The translations under genes and the position numbers were made by a program. From the IMG/VR virus record IMGVR_UViG_3300037510_000107: 38,073 bases of DNA; one strand, written 5' to 3'. The notes beneath the pieces were generated by a model. The model was not told the DNA's origin, made no database searches, and was given only the letters and a program-made list of their open reading frames with translations. Origin of the DNA: a virus. Shown here in pieces: positions 14,239 to 23,125 of this stretch (positions are counted from its first letter, which is position 1; each line of letters starts with the position of its first letter).

Positions 14239-14744
14239 ACTTTCGATCCTGAGATCTGGACGAAACCTAGCAACCTTAGACCGTTGTTTACAGAATATCC
14301 TAACTCAGCGTTATGAGCTTTAATGTAAAACCCATCACCCTCGCGTGGATCTCCGCTGCCAGTATTCCCTTCGAAACTCTCAAAACGTTGACCGTTAACG
14401 CTTGTAACGATGCCGCAATGCCCTCTCCAATCAGCTACACCGTTAACGTATTTCTGCCATACTACAAGGCAATCAACTTGTGGCATGTGACCAATTGGGT
14501 AAGCTGCCTTTTGGAAGTTCTTAAATGTCTTTACCGCTGAGGCGTCGAATAGCTTATCCAGCACTTCAAACTTTTCAGGGTAGCATTCTTTGAACATTGC
14601 TTCGGCTGTGTAGGCGCAATACGCTTGCCCATCTTGTTGACCGGCCGCGTGCAGCATCTTCCCGATCACTGACGTGCTTTGAAAGATGTTACCGGGCAAT
14701 TCCTTTTGCCCTACAAACTGTTTTACGAATTCACTCGGTCTCAT
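14235..14744 (-). CDS. Endolysin, CHAP/NlpC-P60-type cysteine peptidase
   Basis: Cys in GQAYCAYTAEAM and His in WRGHCGIVTSV, followed by FEGNTG, in the usual CHAP order. Located in the lysis cassette. Confidence 0.7.
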   Translation of the reverse strand: MRPSEFVKQFVGQKELPGNIFQSTSVIGKMLHAAGQQDGQAYCAYTAEAMFKECYPEKFEVLDKLFDASAVKTFKNFQKAAYPIGHMPQVDCLVVWQKYVNGVADWRGHCGIVTSVNGQRFESFEGNTGSGDPREGDGFYIKAHNAELGYSVNNGLRLLGFVQISGSKV

Positions 14745-14977
14745 CTTGTTTTTTCTAATTGTATCTTAATCCTGGCTATATCCAAAGCCTGATCCTGCTG
14801 CACAGATCGAATGTCCTTTACGTCGCTGTCGATCTCTTTAATGTCCTCGCGTATCGATTTGAATTGCTGCCAGCATAAGAATGAGAATCCGGCAACGGCG
14901 ATACCCAAAAACCAGCTACCGTCTATCGGTGCGTTTCCCATAATCTGTAGGAAGGTGGACGGAATTAGATAGTACAT
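14741..14977 (-). CDS. Holin/antiholin candidate: one TM segment plus charged coiled tail
   Basis: SWFLGIAVAGFSFLCW, then a charged C-terminus. It overlaps the endolysin start. Confidence 0.45.
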   Translation of the reverse strand: MYYLIPSTFLQIMGNAPIDGSWFLGIAVAGFSFLCWQQFKSIREDIKEIDSDVKDIRSVQQDQALDIARIKIQLEKTR

Positions 14978-15098
14978 CTTTTTTCAGTTGTGTTACTTCC
15001 AACTTCCTTTTGCGAAGCCACCGGCGAAGCAAAGATAATCCGATCATCAGCCCGAAAGCTGTTATGACCGCCACTATCTCTTTTGCCTCTACAGACAT
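14916..15098 (-). CDS. Small single-TM protein (holin/antiholin candidate)
   Basis: IVAVITAFGLMIGLSLL followed by RRWLRKRK. It overlaps the next ORF by 62 nt in another frame, so one of the two boundaries may be wrong. Confidence 0.35.
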   Translation of the reverse strand: MSVEAKEIVAVITAFGLMIGLSLLRRWLRKRKLEVTQLKKDVLSNSVHLPTDYGKRTDRR

Positions 15099-15121
15099 AC
15101 ATAAAAGTACCGTTGTTTATG

Positions 15122-15490
15122 TTATAAATCAATCCTCGTGTTTTCTCGAATCAGTACATATATGCCCCATGCTATCAACATAATGACATTATTCGTCAAT
15201 GGGTAGCTTCCAATCATTTTGTAGGCTGAATTACTGAACAGAATGAAGTGTGCCCAATCGAACATCAAAAAACATAACAATAGTACAGCCGTTTTAAAAT
15301 GCTTGGTCTCAGATCGGCACCATTTATAAGCAAGTCGGCATAAGAACGCCATTTCGATCATTACCCAACCGTAAGAGGACAACGGCATACCGTCATCGGA
15401 GAATGGGAAGGGGTCCACATAGGTATCCGGCAGCGCGATAAATATACAGCGTGCTAGGATCCACAGGAATATTTCCCATTCTAGTTTCAT
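15122..15490 (-). CDS. Multi-pass membrane protein (3-4 TM segments), holin candidate
   Basis: Four hydrophobic segments in 122 aa, lying upstream of the lysis genes. Confidence 0.45.
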   Translation of the reverse strand: MKLEWEIFLWILARCIFIALPDTYVDPFPFSDDGMPLSSYGWVMIEMAFLCRLAYKWCRSETKHFKTAVLLLCFLMFDWAHFILFSNSAYKMIGSYPLTNNVIMLIAWGIYVLIRENTRIDL

Positions 15491-15699
15491 TGCTTAGGGC
15501 ATGGATGACCAGGAGTTGGAATGCAAGTTGGAACGCCGGTAATCAGTACGTCCACATATCCTCCTTCATGCCTTGTCTCCTGTACAAAGGTAGTAAATGC
15601 CTCGTTAGAAAGCACCCATTGGGGGGCCACAATAACGAGGGGTCCATAATTCTCTGACTTCTCTTTCTTACAATTACACGGTTTCTTTTTCTTAGCCAT
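15487..15699 (-). CDS. Hypothetical protein, 70 aa
   Basis: Complete ORF with a Lys/Cys-rich N-terminus. Confidence 0.45.
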   Translation of the reverse strand: MAKKKKPCNCKKEKSENYGPLVIVAPQWVLSNEAFTTFVQETRHEGGYVDVLITGVPTCIPTPGHPCPKQ

Positions 15700-15705
15700 A
15701 TCTTT

Positions 15706-17232
15706 TTACCAGTTAGTCATTAATGTTTCCAATGCTGAATAGAGCGTTGCGTGGTTCATCGTACTTTGTTTTCCAGATACGAAGTATTCGAACGATGCCG
15801 TAATACCTGACGCAAGCGTTGCCGCCGGATACGTATTAGCCGTATTTAGACCTCCTATAACAGGAGTTGATGGGGTACCAACGAAAGACACCGTCTGATT
15901 AAAGACCTGCGCGCCATTAACGTAACCGAGTTCATTACCTGAATTTCGGGCGCATATGTATGCTGTGTTATTTTGGAAACTTGTATGTGTTGCATAGACT
16001 ACTCCACTGTTAGCATCGAAGCAGGAGAACATAAGATCACTCGTAGCTCTCTGCTTGATACCGAGTAGCTGATTTCCGGTGAACTGACCACCAAAGGCAT
16101 ACGCCAACGTGCCCGCGGGGGTACTGTTTGTTTTTATCTTGAATCCTGAAAAATTATCCTGTGTTCCGGCAATTTGTAGTTTAGATAAAATCCATCCTTC
16201 TGAAAGATAGGTTGTTCCGTTGGTGGCAATACTATCATTCAACGTCAATACCGCCGCTCCAGGATTCTGAGGCTGCTGCAAGAATGCCAAGTCACAAAAG
16301 ATATTGTTAGCATTCGATACTTTGAATAATAACAATTCCTCTAAAGAGAAATACGAAGGTCCGAGTGCCGTTACGAAATTATCCAGTAAATCTTTCCTGC
16401 TTATCGTGCCGTTCGTATTCATGCCCAACTCATCGAATAGAGAAGATATAGCAGATCTTCCCCACTTCGAATACGACGAATTTCTCATCCATCTAGCCAA
16501 TATAGCACCCTGCATGTTACATCCTATCTGTGTAGGGTGAGGCGATGAAGGCTGATACATGCCAGCACCAAGTAATGCGGCATTGTTAGCACCTATATAC
16601 ACATGAGAGTAAAGCATGACGGCCTGCTTTAACAAATTGCGTTTTGAAACAGGATTCGTCCTTACTGCGTCGTCGCCGATCTGATTAAATACAATATCAA
16701 CACCCGGAAAGTCAGCGGTAAGTCTATCAATAAGTCCAGTTATCTGAGCGAGTGTTAAACTTCCGTCATTGATGCCAAGATTGAAAAATATCTTCTTGGG
16801 GACAGTGACCCCCATTAATGTCATAGTATTTCGGGCCTTCGTAACGAAAGCTGCATACAACGTTCCGTTCGTATCCCAACTTAAGCCCGCCGTGACGTTG
16901 TTGAACGAAGATCCTGATTTGGCCCCGTTACAAATGACTACTTTATATCCAGTATCGGCGTTGTAGTTAATGGCGAATTGGGGCGCCATTCCTTTCCCGA
17001 TAAGGTTAGAGGAAATATAGGCTGCATCGACAGCATTCAGCACCGATCCGGTAGACTCATAAAGTACCCCCGCCCCTGGAATTGGTGTGTTTGTGGTTCC
17101 TTCGCTGGCTCCTTCATAGATAGAATCACCACCCATTAAGAACAGTTGCTTTCCGTCAGGAGTGGTATCTGTGGCTCCTGATGAATTCCAGAACCACCAA
17201 TTATAAAGCTTGGCCTTATATCTTCTATTCAT
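15706..17232 (-). CDS. Tail-associated SGNH/GDSL-type esterase with a large C-terminal beta-rich domain (start at MNRRYK)
   Basis: Block I FLMGGDSIYEG, block II NGAKSGSSF and block III LGINDG occur in the canonical order. The His block is less clear (SSPHPT). It is the last structural gene before the lysis cassette. Confidence 0.55.
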   Translation of the reverse strand: MNRRYKAKLYNWWFWNSSGATDTTPDGKQLFLMGGDSIYEGASEGTTNTPIPGAGVLYESTGSVLNAVDAAYISSNLIGKGMAPQFAINYNADTGYKVVICNGAKSGSSFNNVTAGLSWDTNGTLYAAFVTKARNTMTLMGVTVPKKIFFNLGINDGSLTLAQITGLIDRLTADFPGVDIVFNQIGDDAVRTNPVSKRNLLKQAVMLYSHVYIGANNAALLGAGMYQPSSPHPTQIGCNMQGAILARWMRNSSYSKWGRSAISSLFDELGMNTNGTISRKDLLDNFVTALGPSYFSLEELLLFKVSNANNIFCDLAFLQQPQNPGAAVLTLNDSIATNGTTYLSEGWILSKLQIAGTQDNFSGFKIKTNSTPAGTLAYAFGGQFTGNQLLGIKQRATSDLMFSCFDANSGVVYATHTSFQNNTAYICARNSGNELGYVNGAQVFNQTVSFVGTPSTPVIGGLNTANTYPAATLASGITASFEYFVSGKQSTMNHATLYSALETLMTNW

Positions 17233-17234
17233 TT

Positions 17235-17522
17235 TTAAGACACGGTGAATTTCTGCCCAGCAGCGCTTCCAAGTGCCCAAATATTTCTAAATCCATTTGA
17301 TACGCCGCTTAAAATTAATTTAGAACCTGCTATATATGCCTTTTGGGCGCTCGGTGGTGTTATGCCAACAGAAAATTGTATTGTCCCTGAATTGGCAGAA
17401 TTACACTCTATAGCAAAAATCTGATTTGGTTTATCCAATATCACTACCGTTTCTTCTATCAGGTATTCTACAGCAACGTTTCCAACTGTTACCTCTTCTC
17501 CTATTTTAATAGTCTGAGCCAT
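17235..17522 (-). CDS. Hypothetical structural-module protein, 95 aa
   Basis: Complete ORF. Confidence 0.5.
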   Translation of the reverse strand: MAQTIKIGEEVTVGNVAVEYLIEETVVILDKPNQIFAIECNSANSGTIQFSVGITPPSAQKAYIAGSKLILSGVSNGFRNIWALGSAAGQKFTVS

Positions 17523-17540
17523 ATTTTTTATTGATATTTT

Positions 17541-17957
17541 TCACTTATTCTGTATTGTTGTTTCTGTTTTTGTGTCTGTCGTTACTTTAACAGGTTCATC
17601 TTGTTGCTTAACAGGATTCCTTCCAAGGAAAGCCAAAGCATAATCTAAAATGCCTCTACCCAGAAGTGAAAACCCCATGAGGAAACCTACGAAATACCAA
17701 ACTTCGGTTGGGACATTTGATATAAACGCCGCCTTAAAAACGATAGGCCACATAGACATTAATGACCAATAAATAGTCTGCTCGTGACCTTCCCAAAAAA
17801 AGTTACTCCCCTCCATGCCTCTTATGGCCTTGTCTTTAAATCGTATTTGCCAGAACCAAATGAAGCCTGTACAAATCGTCCACATGATCAATCCATCAAA
17901 TCGATCGACACTTGAAAAGTGGTTTATTAAGAATGAGTCAAAAAGCTTTTGTATCAT
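17541..17957 (-). CDS. Integral membrane protein (about 4 TM segments) inside the structural module
   Basis: Trp/Phe-rich hydrophobic segments, for example LIMWTICTGFIWFW and VWYFVGFLMGFSLLG. Confidence 0.5.
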   Translation of the reverse strand: MIQKLFDSFLINHFSSVDRFDGLIMWTICTGFIWFWQIRFKDKAIRGMEGSNFFWEGHEQTIYWSLMSMWPIVFKAAFISNVPTEVWYFVGFLMGFSLLGRGILDYALAFLGRNPVKQQDEPVKVTTDTKTETTIQNK

Positions 17958-17976
17958 TCCTGTACAGCCTCCCGTA

Positions 17977-18411
17977 TCATTTTATCGTTATGTTTATCGT
18001 CTGTCCCTTATCATAAATTGCTATCGTTGTAACCATGTTTCCCACGCCATCAAATTTCCCATTATGGAACCATGCGTAACCTGTTAGCCAATCTTTTTCT
18101 AATCCGCTTTTTGTCATAACAAGCTCCCAGAAATAGTATTGCTGTCTAAACTTTGCCGTTTGCGGCTTCGTGAGTGTTACGTCAATCGTTGAAGTTCCTA
18201 CCGTTAACCCTCCGGATGTTGTAAGCTGAAAGAAATTCGTGTTATCCCAAGCATGCTGTTTGATGTTCAGCACAAAAGTTCTTCCCGTAAGGTCGTATGG
18301 ATTGCCGGCCGGGTCAACAAAATTGAAAGTGTTGGTGGCGTCCCTGTTGATTCTAAAAAACAGGTCTAATTCTCTTGCTGGATCAAATGTCGCTTTTGTT
18401 GTCATGATCAA
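17977..18411 (-). CDS. Hypothetical structural protein, 144 aa
   Basis: Complete ORF with beta-rich composition. Confidence 0.5.
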   Translation of the reverse strand: MIMTTKATFDPARELDLFFRINRDATNTFNFVDPAGNPYDLTGRTFVLNIKQHAWDNTNFFQLTTSGGLTVGTSTIDVTLTKPQTAKFRQQYYFWELVMTKSGLEKDWLTGYAWFHNGKFDGVGNMVTTIAIYDKGQTINITIK

Positions 18412-18414
18412 TAT

Positions 18415-18999
18415 CTAAGAGTAAAAAACCCCATCATACCATCCAAAAGGACGACTGTTGGGTCCTCGCGATGAAAAAAAGCTCATCCCTGTTTTATTAA
18501 CACTCTTATCCGGTAATCTTGCATACAAAGGGTATGTACTTGGGTTCATTTGCAGGTAATAAGTGACCTGATTTTGGTACGCGATTGCCGCCGACCTCAT
18601 GTTATTCACCACATAAGTGATTGAAGTTTGTTCGATGGCTTCGCTTTTGTCGTTAAGCTTGCGGTGGTTGCCATAACGGGTAACGTTAACGCCGTTCATA
18701 GGTATAAACCGTGCCAGCGCATAACGCGCCAGCATCGGTTTAACCCCACAAAACTGAACAGTGACGCCGTTTGTCAACCATGTCGTCCCATTCAGTAAGT
18801 TTTGGTATGCTGTATACATCGGATCGCCAACTGTATTGTACTTTAGCATGAAATCATAGTATAAAGCATCGTTAAGGACTGGGCGCAAGTCTAATTCCTG
18901 GGCTTCACAGATATATTGATCAATTCTTTCCTGTGGAATCTCCGCAATAGGCATCACTTCTAACAAATCCTGTAGTGATATGATCGGTGTGTTAGCCAT
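18415..18999 (-). CDS. Possible head-tail connector/adaptor protein
   Basis: It lies directly downstream of the portal gene. The N-terminus ISLQDLLEVMPIAEIPQERIDQYICEAQELDLRPVLNDALYYDF resembles gp6-like adaptors. Weak, recalled from memory. Confidence 0.35.
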   Translation of the reverse strand: MANTPIISLQDLLEVMPIAEIPQERIDQYICEAQELDLRPVLNDALYYDFMLKYNTVGDPMYTAYQNLLNGTTWLTNGVTVQFCGVKPMLARYALARFIPMNGVNVTRYGNHRKLNDKSEAIEQTSITYVVNNMRSAAIAYQNQVTYYLQMNPSTYPLYARLPDKSVNKTGMSFFSSRGPNSRPFGWYDGVFYS

Positions 19000-20131
19000 T
19001 GTTGGTCATTGTTTGCGTTCCTGTGGAATATGCCTTCGGTAGAATATCGAAAGTTGTAGCAATAGGATCTTTCCAGTTCGTGAAAAGTTTCTTTAGCTGG
19101 CGACTGATGATATTTCTGCCTGTCTGTGTTTTAAGATTGTAATAGGTGTACGCGTCCTGCATCTGCTGCGTCGAGAAGGCTCCACTTTCCGGAACGTAGC
19201 CTATAATTTCCGGAGGCATACCGAAAGTTTCCCTGATCGCGTCCTTTGTTCTCTTGTCTACGTTCGTGTGAAGCCCGTCCGTGTTCTGCATTTGCAGCGG
19301 CGTAATGATCTCATTCGCCTTTAATGTCCCGTCAGGATTTTCAAGAACGAGAACCGATCCAGCGCCACGGCCAGTAAACTGGTTGATGCCCTTCATAAAC
19401 ATGGACTGTTCTTCTGGCGTCTCAAACTTGCCTGGATACGTCATTACGTGCCCTGCCTTGAACCCGTTTTGCTCCATCGATAAATCGAACAGTGCAATTT
19501 CTGTTTGCGTCTGGGCTTCATCTAAGACCACATCGAAAGTGCATCTTGGGTACTGTCCTTCTTCTGGTGTCCAATAGAATATCTGTCCTTTATAGTTCAG
19601 AATTCCGCCTGCGGCTTCGATCTGGGATTTTACAACCTCGGGATATGGATTGAAAGTCGGATAATCGCAAATTTCTACTGCTCCGTTGTAATTTTTATTC
19701 GGGTCATTCTCCCAGTTGGTACAATACTTTATGTCGTAGAAATCCCCGTCTTCGTCGGGTAGCCCGAATCGATTGTACTCGAAGTTCAATAGCTTCAATG
19801 AGCTAATCTTATAGTTCAGGTTATACCCTACGTGGATAAAAAAGCCATTGGCCCAACTCATCGAGCGGGCAATGTGGTCCAATAAGTCGTTTGCTGTATG
19901 CCCCTTACGGTTGACAACCAATGCAGACAGCGACGGGTCTGTAAACCCGCCGCCGCTTAAAAATTCTGCGTAGGCTGCCGTACACGGCAATACTGTTTTT
20001 GAGTTGTCCCGGGCGATCATGGCCCGCTGTGGATAAAGATTATCCTCGCCGTAGCCCTGAATCTTATAGCGCCTGTCTATCCAATTCGGTATGCGGTTAC
20101 GCTGTGCATCGTACCTGTAGCCATAGATCAT
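18992..20131 (-). CDS. Portal protein candidate (HK97-like size)
   Basis: 379 aa. The C-terminal region IRETFGMPPEIIGYVPESG resembles the conserved portal afGvPp.llG motif. Confidence 0.55.
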   Translation of the reverse strand: MIYGYRYDAQRNRIPNWIDRRYKIQGYGEDNLYPQRAMIARDNSKTVLPCTAAYAEFLSGGGFTDPSLSALVVNRKGHTANDLLDHIARSMSWANGFFIHVGYNLNYKISSLKLLNFEYNRFGLPDEDGDFYDIKYCTNWENDPNKNYNGAVEICDYPTFNPYPEVVKSQIEAAGGILNYKGQIFYWTPEEGQYPRCTFDVVLDEAQTQTEIALFDLSMEQNGFKAGHVMTYPGKFETPEEQSMFMKGINQFTGRGAGSVLVLENPDGTLKANEIITPLQMQNTDGLHTNVDKRTKDAIRETFGMPPEIIGYVPESGAFSTQQMQDAYTYYNLKTQTGRNIISRQLKKLFTNWKDPIATTFDILPKAYSTGTQTMTNNG

Positions 20132-20406
20132 TTAACTTCAATGAGCAGTTTGTTTACTTTGGCTTCGATATCAAATTTTGGCTCTTCCTCTTTCATGCGC
20201 TTCCAGAAGTCAAATAGTTTGTCCTGTGCTTTCTGGTCAAATCTGTTTTGAGGAACATTGATCCATTCCATACGGCCTTCAATGAGTTCAGGCATTAGGA
20301 TAGATCCGAATACTAAAGAATACCTTTTGGAACGAAGAACGTCGAAATCACTTTTTGGTAGTTCGAGTTGTACTTCATCTTCATTCAGGTTGTTTTTCTT
20401 TGCCAT
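20128..20406 (-). CDS. Hypothetical protein, 92 aa
   Basis: Complete ORF with an ATGA overlap onto the portal start. Confidence 0.5.
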   Translation of the reverse strand: MAKKNNLNEDEVQLELPKSDFDVLRSKRYSLVFGSILMPELIEGRMEWINVPQNRFDQKAQDKLFDFWKRMKEEEPKFDIEAKVNKLLIEVK

Positions 20407-20584
20407 TGTCTTTTACTTTTTTTGTGGGTTTTACTTCTTCTATCTGTTCGAAATGACTTTCGTATCCCGGAAACTCTTTAACGAGCGCATGGTACGCCTC
20501 ATCTGTCAGGTTTCCGCTGTGTAAGTCTGCATGACCCCGACGTGTTATCACTTCGCCGGGGTTTTTGAAATAATATTTCGTCAT
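20381..20584 (-). CDS. Hypothetical protein, 67 aa
   Basis: Complete ORF with an ATGA overlap onto the upstream gene. Confidence 0.5.
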   Translation of the reverse strand: MTKYYFKNPGEVITRRGHADLHSGNLTDEAYHALVKEFPGYESHFEQIEEVKPTKKVKDNGKEKQPE

Positions 20585-21429
20585 GATGCTACTGCCGTTT
20601 GTGTGCTGTCTGCAACGCCTTTGGTAGTCGTTACCCTGAGCTTATATGTGCCCGCTGCCAGAGCCACCGATGTGAATGTAATCGATGTGGCAGAGGCCAC
20701 CGTAAATGTCTGAGTAGTAGCTGCCTTGGTTGCCTGGTTGATCCACTGGACCGAAGATACCGCCGGAGCTGAACCGGAGCCGTAGAAGTTTGTTCCTGTG
20801 ATTGTTTCCGTGTCTCCGCCGGCTACCTGCAAGAGAAGATCAGAAATGTTCGTAACCGTAGGAATAAACAAGGTTGCCTGTAACGCTGTCAAAGAAGCTG
20901 CATACGATGTAATGAAGAATGTAGCCGGAAGTTTAGGCTCCAGTTCATTGTCAGGAGTTTCCAAGAGAAGGTTATAAGCCGCTCCGTTTTCCTGCAAGTC
21001 TCTGATTTTCTGTGGCTTAATCTTCAATCCGTTCTTCGCTCCATATACCTCAAAGGCGTTGTTGTCAAGTCCGTTGTTCTGGATCACTGCAACATATCGA
21101 CCGTTTTTAAGGGTATCGATTTCGTTCTTTGTAAGCTGGTCGTTCGCGAATACCAAAAAGTTCGTACGATGCTTTACCATGGTTCTCGTAGACGCATCGT
21201 CCACAAAGTCAACCGATGGCTTTAACGAAGCGTTGTAGCCTTGGTACTGATAGCCGGAAGCTCCGGACGCCAAGGTAATAGCCGTGATCAATCCAGGTGT
21301 ACTTGCCGAATATGTGAACGACACCTCCGTTAGATTATAAAGCACCAGAAGACTATCGCCACCGATGCCGGAAGGCAAAGGGTTTTCACAATCTATTACT
21401 ACGCTCCTCGAAAGTGTTCCACAACTCAT
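20581..21429 (-). CDS. Major tail (tube) protein candidate with a C-terminal IPT/TIG Ig-like domain
   Basis: The C-terminus PTVTNISDLLLQVAGGDTETITGTNFYGSG...GTYKLRVTTTKG is a typical IPT/TIG pattern. It lies downstream of the capsid genes. A head-decoration role is not excluded. Confidence 0.4.
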   Translation of the reverse strand: MSCGTLSRSVVIDCENPLPSGIGGDSLLVLYNLTEVSFTYSASTPGLITAITLASGASGYQYQGYNASLKPSVDFVDDASTRTMVKHRTNFLVFANDQLTKNEIDTLKNGRYVAVIQNNGLDNNAFEVYGAKNGLKIKPQKIRDLQENGAAYNLLLETPDNELEPKLPATFFITSYAASLTALQATLFIPTVTNISDLLLQVAGGDTETITGTNFYGSGSAPAVSSVQWINQATKAATTQTFTVASATSITFTSVALAAGTYKLRVTTTKGVADSTQTAVAS

Positions 21430-21432
21430 ATT

Positions 21433-21780
21433 TTATGATCCGATTGCTTGTGAGTCAATGATAATGTTTGTTCCGTTGAAATACCCGGCAGCAATGGCGT
21501 CCTTGTTTGCTGAAACAGCAAGGGTGCTGGCGCTGATAAATCCGGTACCGAAGGTTACGGTCCTAGTTGATCCGTCCGCCGAGAAGTAGAGTACTATTCT
21601 TTGGAACTGTTGCAACTTGGATACGTCGGCATTGATTGTCATGTTGCCCGTCAACTGCGCATAGCACACATGGAGATCCAGTGCGCTTTGACTTTGCAGT
21701 TTAGGCGTTGAGGTTGCCGCATACGGTAGAGTTACCGCTGTGACTCCCTGTGACCTGGTTATCTTAGTTACTGCTGCCAT
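21433..21780 (-). CDS. Small structural protein, paralogue B
   Basis: Shares ...DG(S/T)xR(T/I)VTFGTGF(I/L)S... and ...(Y/F)xGTN... with the adjacent gene. Confidence 0.55.
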   Translation of the reverse strand: MAAVTKITRSQGVTAVTLPYAATSTPKLQSQSALDLHVCYAQLTGNMTINADVSKLQQFQRIVLYFSADGSTRTVTFGTGFISASTLAVSANKDAIAAGYFNGTNIIIDSQAIGS

Positions 21781-22169
21781 TATGCGTATATCGCCCGTGA
21801 CTTCTCACGGAGGTTTGTTCCGTCATACACAAAGCACACACAAGCGCCTTTATCGATAGGAATTGTTACTGTTCCTACTGAAAGAAACCCTGTTCCGAAT
21901 GTTACGATACGCTGCGTACCGTCCACATCGAAAAAGAAGTTTACCTCATCCCATTGGCTCAAATTGGCCAACACTGTAGCTGCGTTAATCGTCATGGCGC
22001 CGGTAAGCATCGCGTAAGCGAAGTACTGGACTGCCGCCCCTTTTGCTAAAAGGGGAATGCTTGTAGCTGCATACGCTTGTGTCAGTGACTTTCGGCCCTT
22101 AGACTCGAAGGAGTTGTTATCTGTTGCTGCGTTTCCTACCGTTAATACGGTAATTGGATTTGATGGCAT
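21780..22169 (-). CDS. Small structural protein, paralogue A
   Basis: VDGTQRIVTFGTGFLSVGT...YDGTNL aligns with paralogue B. It lies immediately downstream of the capsid gene. Confidence 0.55.
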   Translation of the reverse strand: MPSNPITVLTVGNAATDNNSFESKGRKSLTQAYAATSIPLLAKGAAVQYFAYAMLTGAMTINAATVLANLSQWDEVNFFFDVDGTQRIVTFGTGFLSVGTVTIPIDKGACVCFVYDGTNLREKSRAIYA

Positions 22170-22181
22170 ATCTGTAAAATT

Positions 22182-23123
22182 TTATGATCCGATGTAATAA
22201 ACTGATTCTGAATCGAGGCGGAACCCTACCGCCATCTTGAACTTCGCAAGAAGGAAGAACAATTCACCCTCAGGGCGCAGTCTCTCGATCTTGAAATTAT
22301 CCATATCGTTCACTTTGTCTACCGCTGCGTAGAAGTTCGACTCTGTGCCTGTGTTGGCAACACAACCGATAATTACGTTGGTAGGGAACTGGCTATAGTA
22401 CACGATCTTCTTTCCGCCGTACTCTTCTGCTGCCGCTCCATAAGTTGGAGATCCTTTTGTAAGGAGCGCACGGTCTGCCGCCTGATAAGCACGGAAAGCC
22501 GCTGTACTCATGTGTATTTTGAAATCCGGATCGTCAAATAACGCATCTGGAATTGAAGCGATAACTGCTTCAAGAATTGCGATGATAGTGGCCTGGTTAA
22601 CAGGACCAATATTAGCTACGTCGATGTTTGTTGAAGATGCTGCCGAAAGGGTAGCAAAACCGTTAAAGAACGACATAGGGTCCGTTGACGCCAAAGTTGT
22701 GTCACCCTGGAAGATCAATTTACCCATCTGCTTTTTAGCCTGACGGAGTACAACGTCCGCGAATACTTTCTGTACACGCGGATCCATTACCTTGTCAGGT
22801 AATGAGCCTTTAGGCTGGAACTCTCTCCACGCCGCCTCGAAAATGCGTGGGTTGATATCGTTCACGTAGATCTGCATTTCTACAGGCGTGATCGTTGCCT
22901 CACTCCACGTGATTGTCGCGCTCTTGGTCGTTGGCATTGCCTCGCGGCGGTTGATCGGGTTCGCAGAAGATACCATCTTTGGAACGCTGATCTTGTTTTG
23001 AACGCCGTCGATAACATAAAGCGATCCTTTGTCGAATGCTTCGTTACCTACAACCGCTTCTTCAACGATGTAATCTAATACGTCGCCGTTGTAATTACTG
23101 GTTAGTGTTGGGCTTGCTGCCAT
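22182..23123 (-). CDS. Major capsid protein (HK97-fold candidate)
   Basis: 313 aa, directly downstream of the protease/scaffold gene, with size and composition typical of this class. Confidence 0.7.
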   Translation of the reverse strand: MAASPTLTSNYNGDVLDYIVEEAVVGNEAFDKGSLYVIDGVQNKISVPKMVSSANPINRREAMPTTKSATITWSEATITPVEMQIYVNDINPRIFEAAWREFQPKGSLPDKVMDPRVQKVFADVVLRQAKKQMGKLIFQGDTTLASTDPMSFFNGFATLSAASSTNIDVANIGPVNQATIIAILEAVIASIPDALFDDPDFKIHMSTAAFRAYQAADRALLTKGSPTYGAAAEEYGGKKIVYYSQFPTNVIIGCVANTGTESNFYAAVDKVNDMDNFKIERLRPEGELFFLLAKFKMAVGFRLDSESVYYIGS

Positions 23124-23125
23124 GG

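Noticed and set aside
20417-20423. A7 run (minus strand ACA-AAA-AAA-G) near the end of the 67-aa gene as a -1 programmed frameshift site linking it to the 92-aa gene, by analogy with tail chaperone G/GT
   Set aside because: The -1 frame hits TGA after 10 codons. The 92-aa gene is in the +1 frame, which is closed by TAA just upstream of its ATG, so no fusion product is possible.
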